A stretch of 32,000 nt of DNA from an uncultured Oscillibacter sp. (lineage in GTDB: Bacteria > Bacillota > Clostridia > Oscillospirales > Oscillospiraceae), in assembly GCA_947244595.1 (NCBI GenBank), contig CAMXKT010000002.1, positions 47,520 through 79,519 on the forward strand, in the 5' to 3' direction. Position 1 is the stretch's first letter. Each line of letters starts with the position of its first letter. The notes below the pieces were generated by a model that did not search any database, was not told where the DNA came from, and saw only the letters and a program-made list of their open reading frames with translations. This document shows, piece after piece, positions 31,118 through 32,000 of the stretch. The position numbers and the translations under genes were made by a program.

Positions 31118-31729
31118 ATGAGCGCGAAAAAATCAGCCGGCGGGACAGCCGGCAAGGGCGGCGTGAGCGCGGCCCCCACCCAGGACAACCAGATGGTGCG
31201 GGTGGCGGCGGAACAGCTGCTGACCCTGCCCATCGAAGAACTGATCCCCTACCCGAACAACGCCAGGGTCCACAGCAAAAAGCAGATCGCCCAGATACGG
31301 GCCAGCCTGCGGGAGTTCGGCTTCGTGACGCCGGTGCTGATCGACTTTGACAACAACATCATCGCCGGGCATGGCCGGGTGGAGGCGGTGCTGGCGGAGG
31401 GAATGACGGAGGTCCCCTGCGTCCTGATCAGCAGCCTCACCGAAGCCCAGCGCAAGGCGTATATCCTAGCGGACAACCGGCTCAGTGAGACCGGGGCCTG
31501 GGACCCGGAGACGCTGAAGATGGAAATGGCGGGCCTGGAGGCGCTGCGTTTCGATACCAGCGTCATCGGCTTTGACAAAAAAGCCCTCCGGGAGATCCAC
31601 GTGGAATCCTACACCCGCGCGGCGCCGGGCCAGGGAGCCGCCGGAGAGGCCGAAGCGCCGGATGAGGAGCCCTCGCCGGCAAAGCGTACCGTGTGCTGCC
31701 CGCATTGCGGCCACACGTTCGAGCCGTAA
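31118..31729 (+). CDS. ParB-like nuclease-domain protein (phage type) with a C-terminal zinc ribbon
   Basis: Start ATG 31118 within ORF 30743-31729. The motif is LIPYPNNARVHSKKQIAQIRASLREFGFVTPVLIDFDNNIIAGHGR, and the C-terminus has CCPHCGH. Confidence 0.8.
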   Translation: MSAKKSAGGTAGKGGVSAAPTQDNQMVRVAAEQLLTLPIEELIPYPNNARVHSKKQIAQIRASLREFGFVTPVLIDFDNNIIAGHGRVEAVLAEGMTEVPCVLISSLTEAQRKAYILADNRLSETGAWDPETLKMEMAGLEALRFDTSVIGFDKKALREIHVESYTRAAPGQGAAGEAEAPDEEPSPAKRTVCCPHCGHTFEP

Positions 31730-31759
31730 AAACGGGCTTTCCTGAGAGGAGTGAGAAAC

Positions 31760-32000
31760 ATGCCGGGACCGAGACAGCCCACGGATTTGATCAAGGCCAA
31801 CGGGCGGAAGCATCTGAGTAAGGCCGAGGAGGCGGAGCGCCGGAGCCGGGAGGCCCGCGTGGAGCCCGCCAGGACGGCCAAGCCCCCCAAGTGGTTCCCG
31901 GAGGAGATGAAGAAGGACTTCCGGGCCCTGGGCAAGCGGCTGATTACCGCCGGGCTTTACACGGACCTGGACGCGGACACCCTTGGCCGGTACCTGGTGG
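31760..32000 (+). CDS. terminase small subunit (P27-family-like), 5' partial in the window
   Basis: The reading frame from ATG 31760 stays open to the window end. My translation is MPGPRQPTDLIKANGRKHLSKAEEAERRSREARVEP...PKWFPEEMKKDFRALGKRLITAGLYTDLDADTLGRYLV. It follows the HNH gene. Confidence 0.65.
   Translation, partial: MPGPRQPTDLIKANGRKHLSKAEEAERRSREARVEPARTAKPPKWFPEEMKKDFRALGKRLITAGLYTDLDADTLGRYLV

Larger units (their letters stand above)
13704..32000. mobile_element. temperate prophage-like element integrated at tRNA-Gly(CCC); the right end lies beyond the window
   Basis: The integrase gene ends 75 nt downstream of the tRNA. It is followed by xis, a cI/cro-like switch, a replication module, par genes, HNH and TerS in canonical temperate-phage order. 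The att core probably overlaps the tRNA 3' end, so the true left border may be slightly inside the tRNA. Confidence 0.85.

Overview
This window looks like a high-GC Firmicutes/Clostridia-type chromosome segment (taxonomy is inferred from gene content and composition only). It has three parts.

(1) 1-1.8 kb is the end of a lower-GC mobile element marked by a large serine recombinase.

(2) 1.8-13.7 kb holds ordinary chromosomal genes:
- a minus-strand sugar ABC transporter operon with a Gfo/Idh/MocA oxidoreductase
- a SAM-methyltransferase and recQ
- a GNAT acetyltransferase
- a metal ABC ATPase and permease
- an XRE regulator
- rpsF-ssb-rpsR, followed by tRNA-Gly(CCC)

(3) 13.7 kb to the window end is a temperate prophage-like element inserted directly downstream of, or into the 3' end of, tRNA-Gly. 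In order it contains:
- an overlapping operon of a second tyrosine recombinase, xis and int
- about 1.1 kb of ORF-poor DNA with a near-consensus promoter and several repeat families
- an AT-rich islet encoding a NYN/PIN-like nuclease
- a cI/cro-like switch
- a replisome organizer with internal ori-like repeats, and a DnaB-like helicase
- ParA plus a 629-aa ParB-like protein
- many small Cys-rich proteins, a secreted 3D-domain protein and an HUH Rep-like protein
- HNH, a ParB-nuclease-domain protein and the start of a small terminase

The most striking signal is a perfect palindrome with core TGTGTCCAA-S-TTGGACACA, present 5 times. Four copies lie in or just after the parB-like gene, and three of these are embedded in-frame in it. 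One copy is extended to 37 nt and sits 7 kb away at the edge of the NYN islet. I interpret these as a dispersed centromere/operator set of a new specificity.

All calls rest on reading the sequence and ORF translations. No database searches were run.
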